Assembly (NCBI GenBank): GCA_000934665.2
Contig: KZ538444.1
Coordinates: 62,001-117,212 of the forward strand
Reading direction: 5' to 3'
DNA length: 55,212 nucleotides
From: Catajapyx aquilonaris
Lineage: Eukaryota
The stretch's first letter is position 1, and each line of letters opens with the position of its first letter. Shown piece by piece: positions 28,433-39,121 of this stretch. Under the pieces are notes generated by a model. The model did not search any database and was not told the DNA's origin. It worked only from the letters and a program-made list of their open reading frames with translations. The position numbers and the translations under genes were made by a program.

Positions 28433-28707
28433 CAGTAGAACCCCAATTATCCCTGGGACCAGGGCATCGTCGGACAACAAAAAATGTCAGATAATCTGAA
28501 GAGCAAAGGAAAATTTATTGAACACAACAAAAAACATATTAAAGCATGAAATAACGTAAAATATTATGATTTTCTAAAGCAAAACAAACAAATGGGTAGA
28601 ACATTACAGTATTTCATGAGAAAACATAGATTTATTGCTGGAGTAGGATGGTAAAGATAAACCAAGGAGTCAGATAATCCAAAGGTCGGATAATCAGGGT
28701 TCTGCTG
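28433..28707. mobile_element. pogo/Tigger-like MITE in the BRCC36 3' region
   Basis: TA|cagtagaaccccaattatcc ... ggataatcagggttctgctg|TA. A related 3' fragment lies at ~42690-42746. Confidence 0.8.
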
Positions 28708-28975
28708 TATTAGGATTTCAATCATTAGGAAGAAAAAAATGTCCACCTCAGGTCCGCACTTCTAGAATCTGAATATTATAATTCTGTTATTTCCCTCGTG
28801 GGCATATTTTTCATGAGAGATAAAATCAGTTTCTAAAAATAATAATTTGTCACTTTCACAACCTCAAATATTATGTTCGCGACCCCAAGTTTGGGAAGCA
28901 CTGCTCTAAAGTCTCAGGTTCAACGTCGTTTGTACAGTAGTAATGACGTCTCTACCTCATAACATTAGCTCCCAT

Positions 28976-30902
28976 TCAACTGGCTGCCTGTATTTCTTGC
29001 AACAGCCGCTGCTTTTCTTCCAAAAGTTTCTGACACTTCCTCTGGTTGTGCTGGTGCCGCTGCTCAATGGCTTCCACAAGGGGGCAGCTGACCACTTCAC
29101 TTATGTGGCACAGCGACATGGTTAACACTGAAAGTTTCATACAAGGATTACCAATAATTCTGGAAAATTTCAAAAGGGTGTAATTACCTGCATCGTTATG
29201 CAATCTGTCAATGGCACTCAAGTTAGGCACCTTGGAACATGCTCTGAATGCATTTTCATCCTCTCGGCAAAATATGTCGGGGACGTTTGCCAGCGACTGA
29301 AAGCAAAGTGTGGTGCAGGATAATTGCAATCTCCAAAATCTTAATTTGACTTTTTCGTTACCTTTATGCATGGCTCAGAGAATCGCAAGGATGGCACAAT
29401 GGTCAGAGGCACCTCAAGACGCATGTACTGTGGGGCCTCACCTTCTGGGCTCTGATTGATGGCCTGGAAGCATGTTGCTTGTATCTGGTTCAGTTTTGAC
29501 TTGTTATCCTCGGAGAACACACTAAATATGAGCCCCACAAATGACTCGTCCATCATCTGGTAAACTGACTGCGTCTGTACATCTGAAACGAGTGGAAAAT
29601 GAATCTGAAATCACTTGTTCACACACTGCATGTGATTGGTCATTTAAATGAAGTACACTGAGGTGCAAATTTTTTCAAGTCATAAGTAGTAGTTCCAGCA
29701 TCACATGTTTTACTTAATAATGTAACCTACAGCACAACAGTGTGCCACAAGGACTCTCCTTCTGGTTAATTCTGGTGATGTCAAATTAACGTGGTTTTCG
29801 GAAGAATGTCAAGAATAGCTTGAAATTTAATACAAAAATATTAGGGCCGCACCAAAATTATTTACACTGTATTGTTTTGCCACAAAGACAGGTCAGCAGA
29901 TAGGCACACATTTTCGAGAGTATCCTCCTGGAGTCGAATGCACAGGAGTCATGGGTGTGGCATGCACTCCAGGCCCTCCAGGAACCACTTTTTGGTAGTG
30001 CGACACGCCCACGCCCGGACAACTGCTTAGACCCAACAATATCCTTGAAATGGTGTCGACAAAGGGTTTTTTTCCATGGATCTGACTCTTAAGTCGGATC
30101 TGAGGTTGAAAGGCAATGTCGGGCCAACCTCCTTAATCACTAATTTAACTACACGAAGAGGTCAGATAAGTTCAGTCAGAATTCCAATTAATCTGATATG
30201 AATTTTTAAGAGTGCAGTTGCATTTATTTGGAAGATTATTACTGCAGTTCACAGTTAAATATGCATGGATATCAATAGGTATGCACACTGTAAACCAATC
30301 AAAACTTTTGTAATGAGGACACCCTTGTCATTATAGTTTCTCACCAACATGTGATGGCCACACAGTAATGTGTGGATGCGAATGGTACCATCCAATGACC
30401 CTGATTGGTCGCGACAGTCGGTGAGCCAGCTCCTCTGCCTGAGTGGTTGCATCAGTCAGCTGCTCTGGAGAAATTTCCACCCGGTCTTTCCTCTTGTCTG
30501 AACGCAACAGCACCACCACCGCTGACACATAAGCCACCTTCTTAAGGCTTACCTGAAGAGACAGCATTTATTATCATTTCCGAAATTGACATACTAAAAC
30601 CTTCTTATATTTTAAGAACCAAACAATTGACTTGATGTGCTACATACTGAAAGATGGGCTGCTTTGTTTGCATTACTAGTGGAGTCACATGATTTTTTGC
30701 AACAAGTTTAAGGTGAAAGCACAAGCAATCAGGAACTGCCAGGACAGACGCAACACTGTATTTTTTGGTCCCTTGCATTCGTGAGAATGGTTCTTACCTC
30801 TCCAATCAAGAGTCCCATGACCTCCTCCTGCTCTGTGGTGAGTGCGTGGTGCAGGCATGATGCATACACACTTGAAGTGATGTTAACTGCGGTGAGTGAC
30901 AT
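28976..30902 (-). CDS. BRCC3: Lys63-specific deubiquitinase BRCC36 (JAMM/MPN+), ~264 aa
   Basis: Exons 30798-30902 (MSLTAV..HALTTEQEEVMGLLIGE), 30345-30552 (RSDKRKDRVEISPEQL..VIGWYHSHPHITVWPSHV), 29362-29582 (DVQTQSVYQMMDESFVGLIFSVF..TCFQA), 29188-29296, 28976-29127 (C-terminal coiled coil). The JAMM motif E..HxH..S..D is intact. 5'-UTR acceptor at 30973-30974; minus-strand AATAAA near 28090 and 28125. Confidence 0.95.
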
Positions 30903-31513
30903 CTCTAACCATACACAGTCCTTGACGCAACAAATGAATCTGCAGTTCCCTCAAGTCTGGTCAAAGCATGGACTGAAACAACACACAGCAATCTTCAGTA
31001 TAATAAAATAATTAAGCATCCCATTGCCTGAGGGACTGATTTCATGATGAGTGGAGACACTTGCAAATTTCATATCATGTAAGGACTAACATGAACAGTT
31101 GAGATTATCGTATCTGAAATTCCGAAAAGGTTAGTCATTTGCAATACAGGGTAGTCCACAAATGGTGCACAAGCGTCACGTAATGAGATTCCTTGGTAAA
31201 AACCAGTATAGACCAGTGACTGTCCGAGTGGCCTACGATACGTGGTTAGTGCTCATCCAAAAGTGGGAGCCAAATCATAACGTCACATCAGTCCACACCC
31301 TTCAAACACTGCATTCGGTCACACCGATTGTTACCAATGTAGGATCAAAATGGGACAACCCGAATGAATCATAGCGCCATTGTCGTACATGTTCAAACTA
31401 CTCTTGCAACAACCTCCATTGCCTGCATTGTCACTACTGCACTGTACTGTGTGATCATGATGTGTATTCAAAGAGTGAGATAAAGACAATGACATGTTCA
31501 TCAAAGTACTTTA

Positions 31514-32464
31514 TTAACTAAGCAGGTGCTCAAAATTCCCTCCCTGCACATCCAGGCAAGCACGGGCACGACCGAGAACTGACCCTGTGGCATGCTGCAG
31601 CATGTCCCCGTCAATGGTGGCAACTGCGGCATGCAGCTTTGCCACCAGGTCTTGCATGCCACTTGGTTGAGTACGGTACATGAGCTCATTGAGATGGCCT
31701 CACAGAAAATAATCTAACGGGTTGAGGTCAGGGGATCTGTCAGGCCATGGCACAGGGCCTCCACGGCCAATCCACCGATCACCATAGGAGTCATTCAGCC
31801 ACTGCCGCACGTCACTTCCAAAGTGGGGAGGGACCTCATCATGCTGGAACCACAGCCTTCTCCTCACTGACAGAGGCACTTCCTCTAGCAGTTCCGGCAG
31901 CGCACTCTGAAGAAAGTGCAAGTACACCCTTGCGTTCAGCCTGTCAGGGAGAAGATATGGTCCAACCAGGATGTTTCCAATCATTCCAGCCCAAACATTA
32001 ATGTGACATTGAACCTGGTGGGGATTGTCCATGGCCCAATAGTGAGTGTCATGGCTGTTGAAAATACCATCCTTCGTGAACCACTTCTCGTCTGTCCACA
32101 AGACATTTGGTATGAAATTTTGGTCAGCATTGGCCTGCTGAAGCAACCAGGTGCAGTACATCTGCCGATTTGGGTAGTCTGCAGGAGTCAGAGCTTGTAC
32201 CCTGGTGTCATGGAAACTTCTTGATGGATGCTCCTGCACAGCTGGTGTCACACGAGGTGGACGGCCTCTGTTCACTGATGACTGCGGGAATGCACTTCCT
32301 GTCTCCCGCAAGCGTGTGTCAAGCTGTTGAATAACTTGTGCATCAGGATGACTCTGACGACCGGGATAGCGCTTGGCATACTCTTCTGCAGCAGCATTTG
32401 CATTTCCTCTGCATTTGCCCAGGATCAGGTACATGTCGCAGTACTCCCTAGAAGTGTAGGCCAT
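31514..32464 (-). pseudogene. DD41D transposase, 317 codons with one internal TGA at 31700-31702
   Basis: N-terminal DUF4817-like HTH (YCDMYLILGKCRGNANAAAEEYAKRYP). Catalytic motifs VLWTDE / WFQHDEVPPH / SPDLNPLDYFL with 41 residues between D2 and D3. The frame continues past TGA as GHLNELMY...ARACLDVQGGNFEHLLS*. Confidence 0.85.
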
Positions 32465-32489
32465 TCTTCCCTCGGAACTGCAGTGTGTA

Positions 32490-32989
32490 GGGGAGACCAG
32501 GGTAAGTTGGCAGTCAAATTTTTGAAGAGACTATTAGGTTAACCAACCTTATGCTTATGTGGTAGGTGCAAATAGACATACACCACTTTACAAACTGTTT
32601 TCAATTCAATCACAAAAGACTGTCGGCGGCAGTACCAATTCTTTCGGTTTTCGATCATGCGAGTGAATTTCCATTCTTCAATAGTTTTTTGTTTTCTTCC
32701 ACTGGAAGTGCAAGTGTGAGTCCAATAATTTGTTTGAAAGGCTAAATATCTGCCTACAAAATGACCAACTAATTGGCCATTTAATATTTTTGTCACTCAT
32801 GAGTAGGAGGACTCGAAAGCAGCTCGAAAGTTGGCACAAGTGCAGAGGTTTTTAAAATCATTTCTAGGGTATAGCATGTCACATATATGCTCAATTTAAT
32901 GTCTGACATATTTATCCATATAAAAATAACAGCAAATAAGTCTCAATTGATGTCAGAAAAAAATAATATCAACATGCCCTGATTTCCCC
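32490..32989. mobile_element. pogo-like MITE nested in the DD41D element
   Basis: TA|ggggagaccagggtaagttg ... caacatgccctgatttcccc|TA. Confidence 0.7.
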
Positions 32990-33229
32990 TACTAACAGCT
33001 CTCAAACACATCCTGACGTCCCATTAACTGTTTAATCTACTTGTCAACAAGTGGCCAACAATACCCAGTGTGGATAGTTTGAATCGGTGTCACTGCATAC
33101 AGTATTAGCGATACTGTAGTGATTGAATGGTGCAGGCGGATGTGACATCATGATTCGTCTCCAAATTTTGAAAGGCCTGGTGAGGGCTAACCACACGTCA
33201 TAGGGTTCTCAGACCTTCACTTCCATGTA

Positions 33230-33576
33230 CAGGAAGTCCCTGGTCTACGAACGGGGGTTACGTTCCTGAAAATGTCCATAAGTCGGATTTGTACGTAACT
33301 CGAATCCCTGTAGAACAGTGCATATATTCAGCGTAAAGATGCTGCTCCAACAAAATGTTTACGTTGTGTGTTTGTTTACAGGCGCGGCAGAACCCAATAA
33401 TTTATTAACATATGAGTATCATACAGTATTTATGATGAACTTGGTGTCGGTCTACGTACGTAGAAGTGATTAAAAGTGGAGAATTAATTATAAATCATTC
33501 TTATGGAGAGCTTTGGGAGCCCGTTCGTAAGTACGGATCTCCTTAAGTCGAGTCGTTCATAAACCAGGGACTTCCT
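33230..33576. mobile_element. Tigger/mariner-like MITE inserted into the 5' TIR of the DD41D element
   Basis: TA|caggaagtccctggtctacgaac ... gttcataaaccagggacttcct|TA. Removing it rejoins the host TIR. Confidence 0.8.
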
Positions 33577-34628
33577 TACTGGTTTTTACCAAGGAATCTC
33601 ATTACGTGAAGCTTGTGCGCCATTTACCAACCATCCTGTATCAACAGTGTCAAAAAGATAAAGCAATGTGATGTTCCATCCAGCAAGATTTTTTCTCTCT
33701 CAGCAAAACTGTCCAAATAATGTGATTAGAAAAGACAATAACAGAGTAGCAAAAGAGGGATAAGAAGCTGATCTATCAATGACAATATTGCAACATTTTG
33801 TGGATTTCAGTGGTCACTTTGAATGCCCAGGAATTTTTATTAGTTGTTATAGTTGTTGATTGCTTAGTCATTTCCGGGCTGAATTTGAAGTACAATCGAT
33901 ACTCAGAACATGTTTTGGGTCCTCCATAATTTTTTTTGCATGTCACTAACTTTGTTTACATCACCCAGAAATGATTATTTCATTAACTATTCCCTGTCCC
34001 CCACCTTCCAGTTTCTCAATTTGGGCAAAGGACCACCCATTGTTCTGTATTAGCAAGACAGTGCTATGCCCCTCAGAAAAACATACATGCCAAGTGCAAA
34101 TAAATTATACGCAACATAAGTGGTGGTTACCTAACAACTTCCTCCTGCCTTGTAGTCTTTGTCCCGTCTGTAGGAGGCCACTTCTTGTCCAGTGAGAGAC
34201 TTATTTCTTCGAAGTATTCTCCCAACGTAATATTCCTTCTTCCTCAGTCGCCTTTACTGCCTCAGGATGTTGCGTACTGAAAGGCAAAGTTTTGATTTCA
34301 ATTTTTTGAGCACAAAATAAGAAGGCGTATGAACCCTGATGAACATTCATGTTTTCAAGAATTCCTTCGGTTGTTACTGCGTAGGTGGCACCCTGTTTTT
34401 TTTTCCATCTAAATTGCCAACAAGCAGTAATGCAAACATCTTTCTCTTGCAATGTAAGATTCATCGAACTTGCACCCTTCCTACTTTTAATGCATGACAA
34501 ACTTGACAAGAAGCAGATATGGAGTAAGCATCATGAAACCAGAACAGCAACAAATCAAAACTGTCCTTAACCCTGAACTACTTAGGTGGAGTCTGAGCTG
34601 CTCCAACCCATTACATTACATTTACATT

Positions 34629-34773
34629 ACATGCGGAGTCAGCATATTCCGACAGAAGGACAGGGGAGAAAAAATTTTAATAAAAAAGTTACACCACGTT
34701 TAAATTTTGAATGTTTTTTTATTACATTTTTTTTTTCCCTGTCCTTATGTCGGCATATTCTGACTCTACATGT
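34629..34773. mobile_element. Foldback MITE nested in the piggyBac-like element
   Basis: tacatgcggagtcagcatattccgacagaaggacaggg pairs with ccctgtccttatgtcggcatattctgactctacatgta. Confidence 0.7.
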
Positions 34774-34901
34774 AATTTTTACGCTTTTGGAAGCCTAATT
34801 ATCTGAACTGCACTTTCTGTATGTGAAAAGTCCAATACAGCAATTTAGCTGATAAGCAGAGATCTAAATATACCGTTGGGAGCCGCTCAGGCTCCACCTA
34901 A

Positions 34902-35140
34902 AGGCCGCTTCACAAACTCGGCATTGCGAAAACGGGGCGAAATGCCAGTTTTACAAACCCGGATTTGCGCGAGCGGGGCGTGCGAAGAGCGAAAAATTTG
35001 CGAAGGGCTATTCACAAATGCTGCGTGCGATGACCGAGCGCGGGCGTTGCGCTGGCGTCGAATCGGGTGGACTTTCTGCGTGCGATGAGCGGAAGGCCCA
35101 CACGCCACGCTTTCGCAACGCTGAGTTTGTGAAGCGGCCT
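34902..35140. mobile_element. PIF/Harbinger-like MITE with TAA TSD
   Basis: TAA|aggccgcttcacaaactcggcattgcgaaa ... tttcgcaacgctgagtttgtgaagcggcct|TAA. Confidence 0.85.
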
Positions 35141-35554
35141 TAAGTAACTGAAGGTGTTTCTGCCGCCTAAGTAGTTAAGGCTTAATCGTAATTGTGCCAA
35201 ATTCAATCGAGTAGAAATTTCTGCCTTTCCAGTCGAGCCGACGCACGTAATTCAAAATGCGCTTTAGCTTTGATGCACCAATACGGATACAATTATTCTG
35301 AAACGCACAATACATTTATATTAATTACATTCAGCCCCGCAGAGATCAATAACCTGATAAATATTGTATAGTGTATCAAATAAATATATTATCCAATAAT
35401 GTTCTGAATATTAAGCAAGGCAATGTTCAGTGCACATTCAATTTTTTTTGTAGTGTGTTTCCAATATGCTCAAGGCAGCTTCCATTATTATCCGGTATGC
35501 TGTACCGGCCCAACCAGCGAACCAGGTCCGTTCTTGCCTCTCCTAATTATTCAC

Positions 35555-35935
35555 CGGGTTGTACGGGGGTCCCTTGTACGGCCAAATCCAGCTCAGTTCT
35601 TGCCTCGAAGGTAGATCGCAAGATGGAAAAATGTTCCGGAGGAGAAATTATTCTTTCAGAAAACAACAGGAAGCGGCCATTATACAATCCAACATGGCGC
35701 CCGAAATGGAACAAAAAAATAAAAATAATATTGGTTTAAATAAATGTTGATCATATTGCAATTTATTATGTACAAGTTTTATTTACAAGCTACATTCGAG
35801 GTTTAAGTCGCTTTGGATTTTTATGACACTTTTGGTATGTGCCATGTTGCCAGATTGGAGTAATCAAACATGGCGGATTGGATGTTGATTTTTTTGCACA
35901 ATTTTTCTGCTTTTTTTAGAGTTTTCTTGCAGGCT
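35555..35935. promoter_or_regulatory. Putative bidirectional promoter with divergent non-coding first exons (BRCC36 minus; F-box gene 1 plus)
   Basis: YY1-like CAACATGGCG at 35690 and AAACATGGCGG at 35866; TGTTGCCA at 35845. Minus-strand donor CCG|gtgaat at 35554; plus-strand donor GCT|gtgagc at 35936. Confidence 0.55.
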
Positions 35936-36977
35936 GTGAGCAGCATTTAGAAGGGAATTGGGGTGTCCGGGCAGCAGTAGATTATGGCTAATCTGCTAGC
36001 AATTAATGGAAGCCTGGAACACGCAGAGAAGCGGAATAAGACTGTCACATGCAGCTGGATTTGCTATTGCATTTCAGGATTGTATTGGAAAATTTATATA
36101 TATATAAAAAAGCGGATCATGTCTGTTGAATTATATTAACTGTCTGATTTAATAACATAGTGCTTTTTTCTATCAAACCATGTTATTGAAGGATTAATTG
36201 AATAAATAAGTTTTAAGCGCAGAAATTGCAAGTGCCTTTGCGCACCACTCGTGAAAGGTGAAAACAATATTCGTTCAATAATATTTCAGTTTCAAGGGAC
36301 AGATCATATTTTTATCAGGTGCCATTTCTGTAATTAATTAACGATAGATTACACAGGACTGAGGAGAATGACATAAAGATGTGTGTTGTTCAATTGCATA
36401 TAACTCTGTGAGAGCAAGAGCTAATAACTTCGTACAGTACATCACGTACAGGGTGCCAGTCAAGTATTGTTTATGGGTTAATAATTAAGTTAGTTATTTG
36501 GTAGCCAGGGAAATTCATGGGACAACACTTGTAATTCAAAGGTAAGACATTTATATATTTACTCTCACATGAGTTTGAATTCAACTACCTCATGCAAGCG
36601 TTTTTGTGATTGCGACTTAATTACTTGTTGCACGTACACGTAATAATGATCATAATAGCGATTTAAATCCTTATTTGTAACATACAGGCGACTTTTTAGC
36701 CCGTACCCTCAAGGTGTTGAGATTTAACCTATTGTAACAGTCATGCCGTCATATAATGTGGTGCCGATTGCACGTATAAGTAACTATGGTTGCAAAAGGG
36801 CAGATGAACAACATGAGAAAGTTTAAGACATGATAACAAATTGCACATGACATACACACTTGTATGCTACAAATGTACTTGTGGTATTTCAGTGGTATAT
36901 CTGAGTGCAGAAAAGCATTCAAAATAGGCCAAAAACATCCAGAATTCTCACTGGGTCTGAGCAGAGGTAGAAGAGCA

Positions 36978-38405
36978 ATGGCCTCGCCTTCAAATACAGC
37001 CTCTCGACTAAGCGGCTTGAAGAGGAAGGCTGATCATGACGATGTGGGGCATGAAAAGAGAGGCAAAACTCAGGGTGCGGACATGCTTGCACATGCGGAT
37101 GCTACCAAAAAAGTACATTTGAAGAACCTGTAAAAGCAAAGTACTTCAAATCATAACCATGCATGTAATTTCAGAAGGTGGCCACTATTGCCGACCTTCC
37201 ATCGGACACAATGTTGAGGATATTCTCATATCTCAAGAAAGATGACCTGATGTTGAGAGTTGCCTGCGTTTGCAAGGGGTGGCAAAAGCTGGCAACAAAC
37301 CCTGTCCTCTGGAAGAGCGTCAAGTTAAGTGGACGGTACATGACCGGCAGGAAAGCCATCTATTTGGTCAGAGGTATGACCCAGCTGAGAAATCTGGAGT
37401 TGACAGACTGGTGGGGTGAAAGAGTAGATGACATCCTAGATATGGTGAGGAGTTCTGCGCCTGGTCTGGAAGTTCTGCACTTGTACAGAATGAACGCACT
37501 CCGAGATTCCGCACTGGAAATGTTCATGCAAGCATGCTCCAACCTCAAGGAAGTCTACTTTGTTTCCGTACTTGGTAAGTGGTTTTATGATAATGGCATA
37601 CAAAGGAATGTGTGACATAGAATGTACGATAACCCTCTTTAAGCTAGCTCTATTTATGTGTCAACTAATTTATAATGGCATACAAATAAGAAGTACTGGA
37701 ATTTCAGGGAGTAGGAGGCATCCGCTGGACGTCATGTTGTCACTCCCACAGCTGGAAAGATTTTGCCTCACGGGAGACACTGAAGCGAGGCCACCGGATG
37801 CATCGCTGGAAAGGAACTGGCCCAAGCTGAGGGAGGTGACGTTTTGGCGAATGTTCTCAGGCAGCAGCGATGAGGAATTTCAAGTAGTGGTCAATAGCAT
37901 CGGAGACCATCTGCACATCTTGACGGTAAAGGAACTGAGAGAGCCTCAGTCCTATGCACTCTTGGAAAAGTGCCAGCACCTGCACGAGCTGAAACTGGAA
38001 TGCACTGATGGGTTGACCGATGATGCTTTTCTAAGCGGGATCGGTTCCCTTACTCACCTGCAAAACTTGACTCTCAGGAAAGGAAACATCACGTCCAATG
38101 CTCTTCAGCTTTACTTTTCCCGTCGAGAATCAGTGCACAACCTACGGAATATTGACCTTTCCTTCACACCCAGCCTCACCGACCAGCACTTGTCCACCAT
38201 GTCTATGAACTGTTGTCATCTAAAGTCTTTGTCCCTCAGGGGATGCAGAAACTTCACCCTTGAAGGTCTCCTGCGCATCGTCGATCACACCCGAAGCCTG
38301 GAACGTCTGGAACTCAAGTGGTGCTACCAGCTGGGAGATATAGGACATGTTTTCTGGGAGATTCGAGCGATACGACCACAGATGGAAGTGGGCTTCTACA
38401 ATTAA
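36978..38405 (+). CDS. F-box/LRR protein, cluster copy 1 (~410 aa)
   Basis: Exons 36978-37112 (weak donor), 37175-37574, 37708-38405. F-box IADLPSDTMLRIFSYL..VACVCKGWQKLATNPVLW; Cys-containing LRRs (LKSLSLRGCRNFT, LERLELKWCYQLGD). AATAAA at 38538. Confidence 0.9.
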
Positions 38406-39121
38406 GAAAATGGGGTACAACTGTTGTGTACTGTACACCAATGGGAATTGTGACTTTGATCATTATAATGGATTAGGCGAGGCTAATCCTGAAAAGTGAT
38501 GTGAACTACTGCGAACACTGTCTAACAATCAAAGTACAATAAAGCCCTTTCTTTAGTTAATTAACAAATTCACTAAAACTATAAGGTGATTCCTCCATCT
38601 AATTTTAGCAACTCCAAAAGTCGGTGCAATATTTTTGTCGTTACATAGTCCATTTTATAATGCTTTTATGTGAATGATACTTCTAATATTTATAATTATT
38701 GTGGTCTATGGAAACGTAATATTGTATGTCTCTCTTGTCTTCAGAACAATTAAGGTTTTGTGGTCATAGCAATGCGTAATGTGTTGTTATTTGCAGTGAG
38801 AAAAGCACATGTCTTCAGGGAAAATTCACCCTGAACAATATTTTTTGAAGAGGATCGCTTGTGTACCTTTGCTGCACATCAGTTAAAAGGTAAGTACAAG
38901 TGTGCCATAGTTTAACTCTCCTGATAAATATCATGCAAATATTAGAAATTATTGGTTTGTTTTGCTGTTATGTTTTATGATTTGTCCAAGTTTTATGCAA
39001 TCTATGAGTACAGTGTAGCCCAGTTCTTTCTGTATTGTCATTACTGACTGTGAGAACACTTATTTATTACATCATTACATTAATGCCCCTTCACAATTGC
39101 AGCACATGACGTTCGTTAAAC

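Larger units (their letters stand above)
31147..33638 (-). mobile_element. Full-length long-TIR Tc1/mariner DD41D (rosa/Visitor-type) transposon with TA TSDs
   Basis: TA at 31145-46 and 33639-40. The outer 62 bp of the TIRs differ at 8 positions (cagggtagtccacaaatggtgcacaagcgtcacgtaatgagattccttggtaaaaaccagta vs caggatggttggtaaatggcgcacaagcttcacg...). Inverted similarity continues between ~31210-31330 and ~33082-33229. Contains a transposase and two nested MITEs. Confidence 0.88.
34571..35181. mobile_element. piggyBac-like non-autonomous element with TTAA TSDs
   Basis: TTAA|ccctgaactacttaggtgg ... ccgcctaagtagttaaggc|TTAA (TTAA at 34567-70 and 35182-85), plus a subterminal inverted repeat at ~34875. 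Confidence 0.7.

Noticed and set aside
4023..28746. Numerous 60-170 aa ORFs in the ORF track
   Set aside because: No recognisable domains or consistent splice phases, apart from the cadherin signal-peptide exon; intronic noise.
31040..31122. C/D-box snoRNA-like pattern (ATGATGA...CTGA about 75 nt apart)
   Set aside because: It is on the plus strand, antisense to the BRCC36 host intron, has a weak terminal stem, and I recognise no rRNA guide.
31700..31702. Selenocysteine or programmed readthrough at the transposase TGA
   Set aside because: The position corresponds to a conserved Trp (TGG>TGA), the context TGA-G is not the leaky TGA-C type, and no SECIS was identified; kept only as a minor alternative.
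34131..34277. Exon-like minus-strand segments (a KEYYVGRILRR stretch vaguely like a chromodomain start)
   Set aside because: In-frame stop, a non-canonical ataagt donor, and too short to support; at most UTR exons or a decayed fragment.
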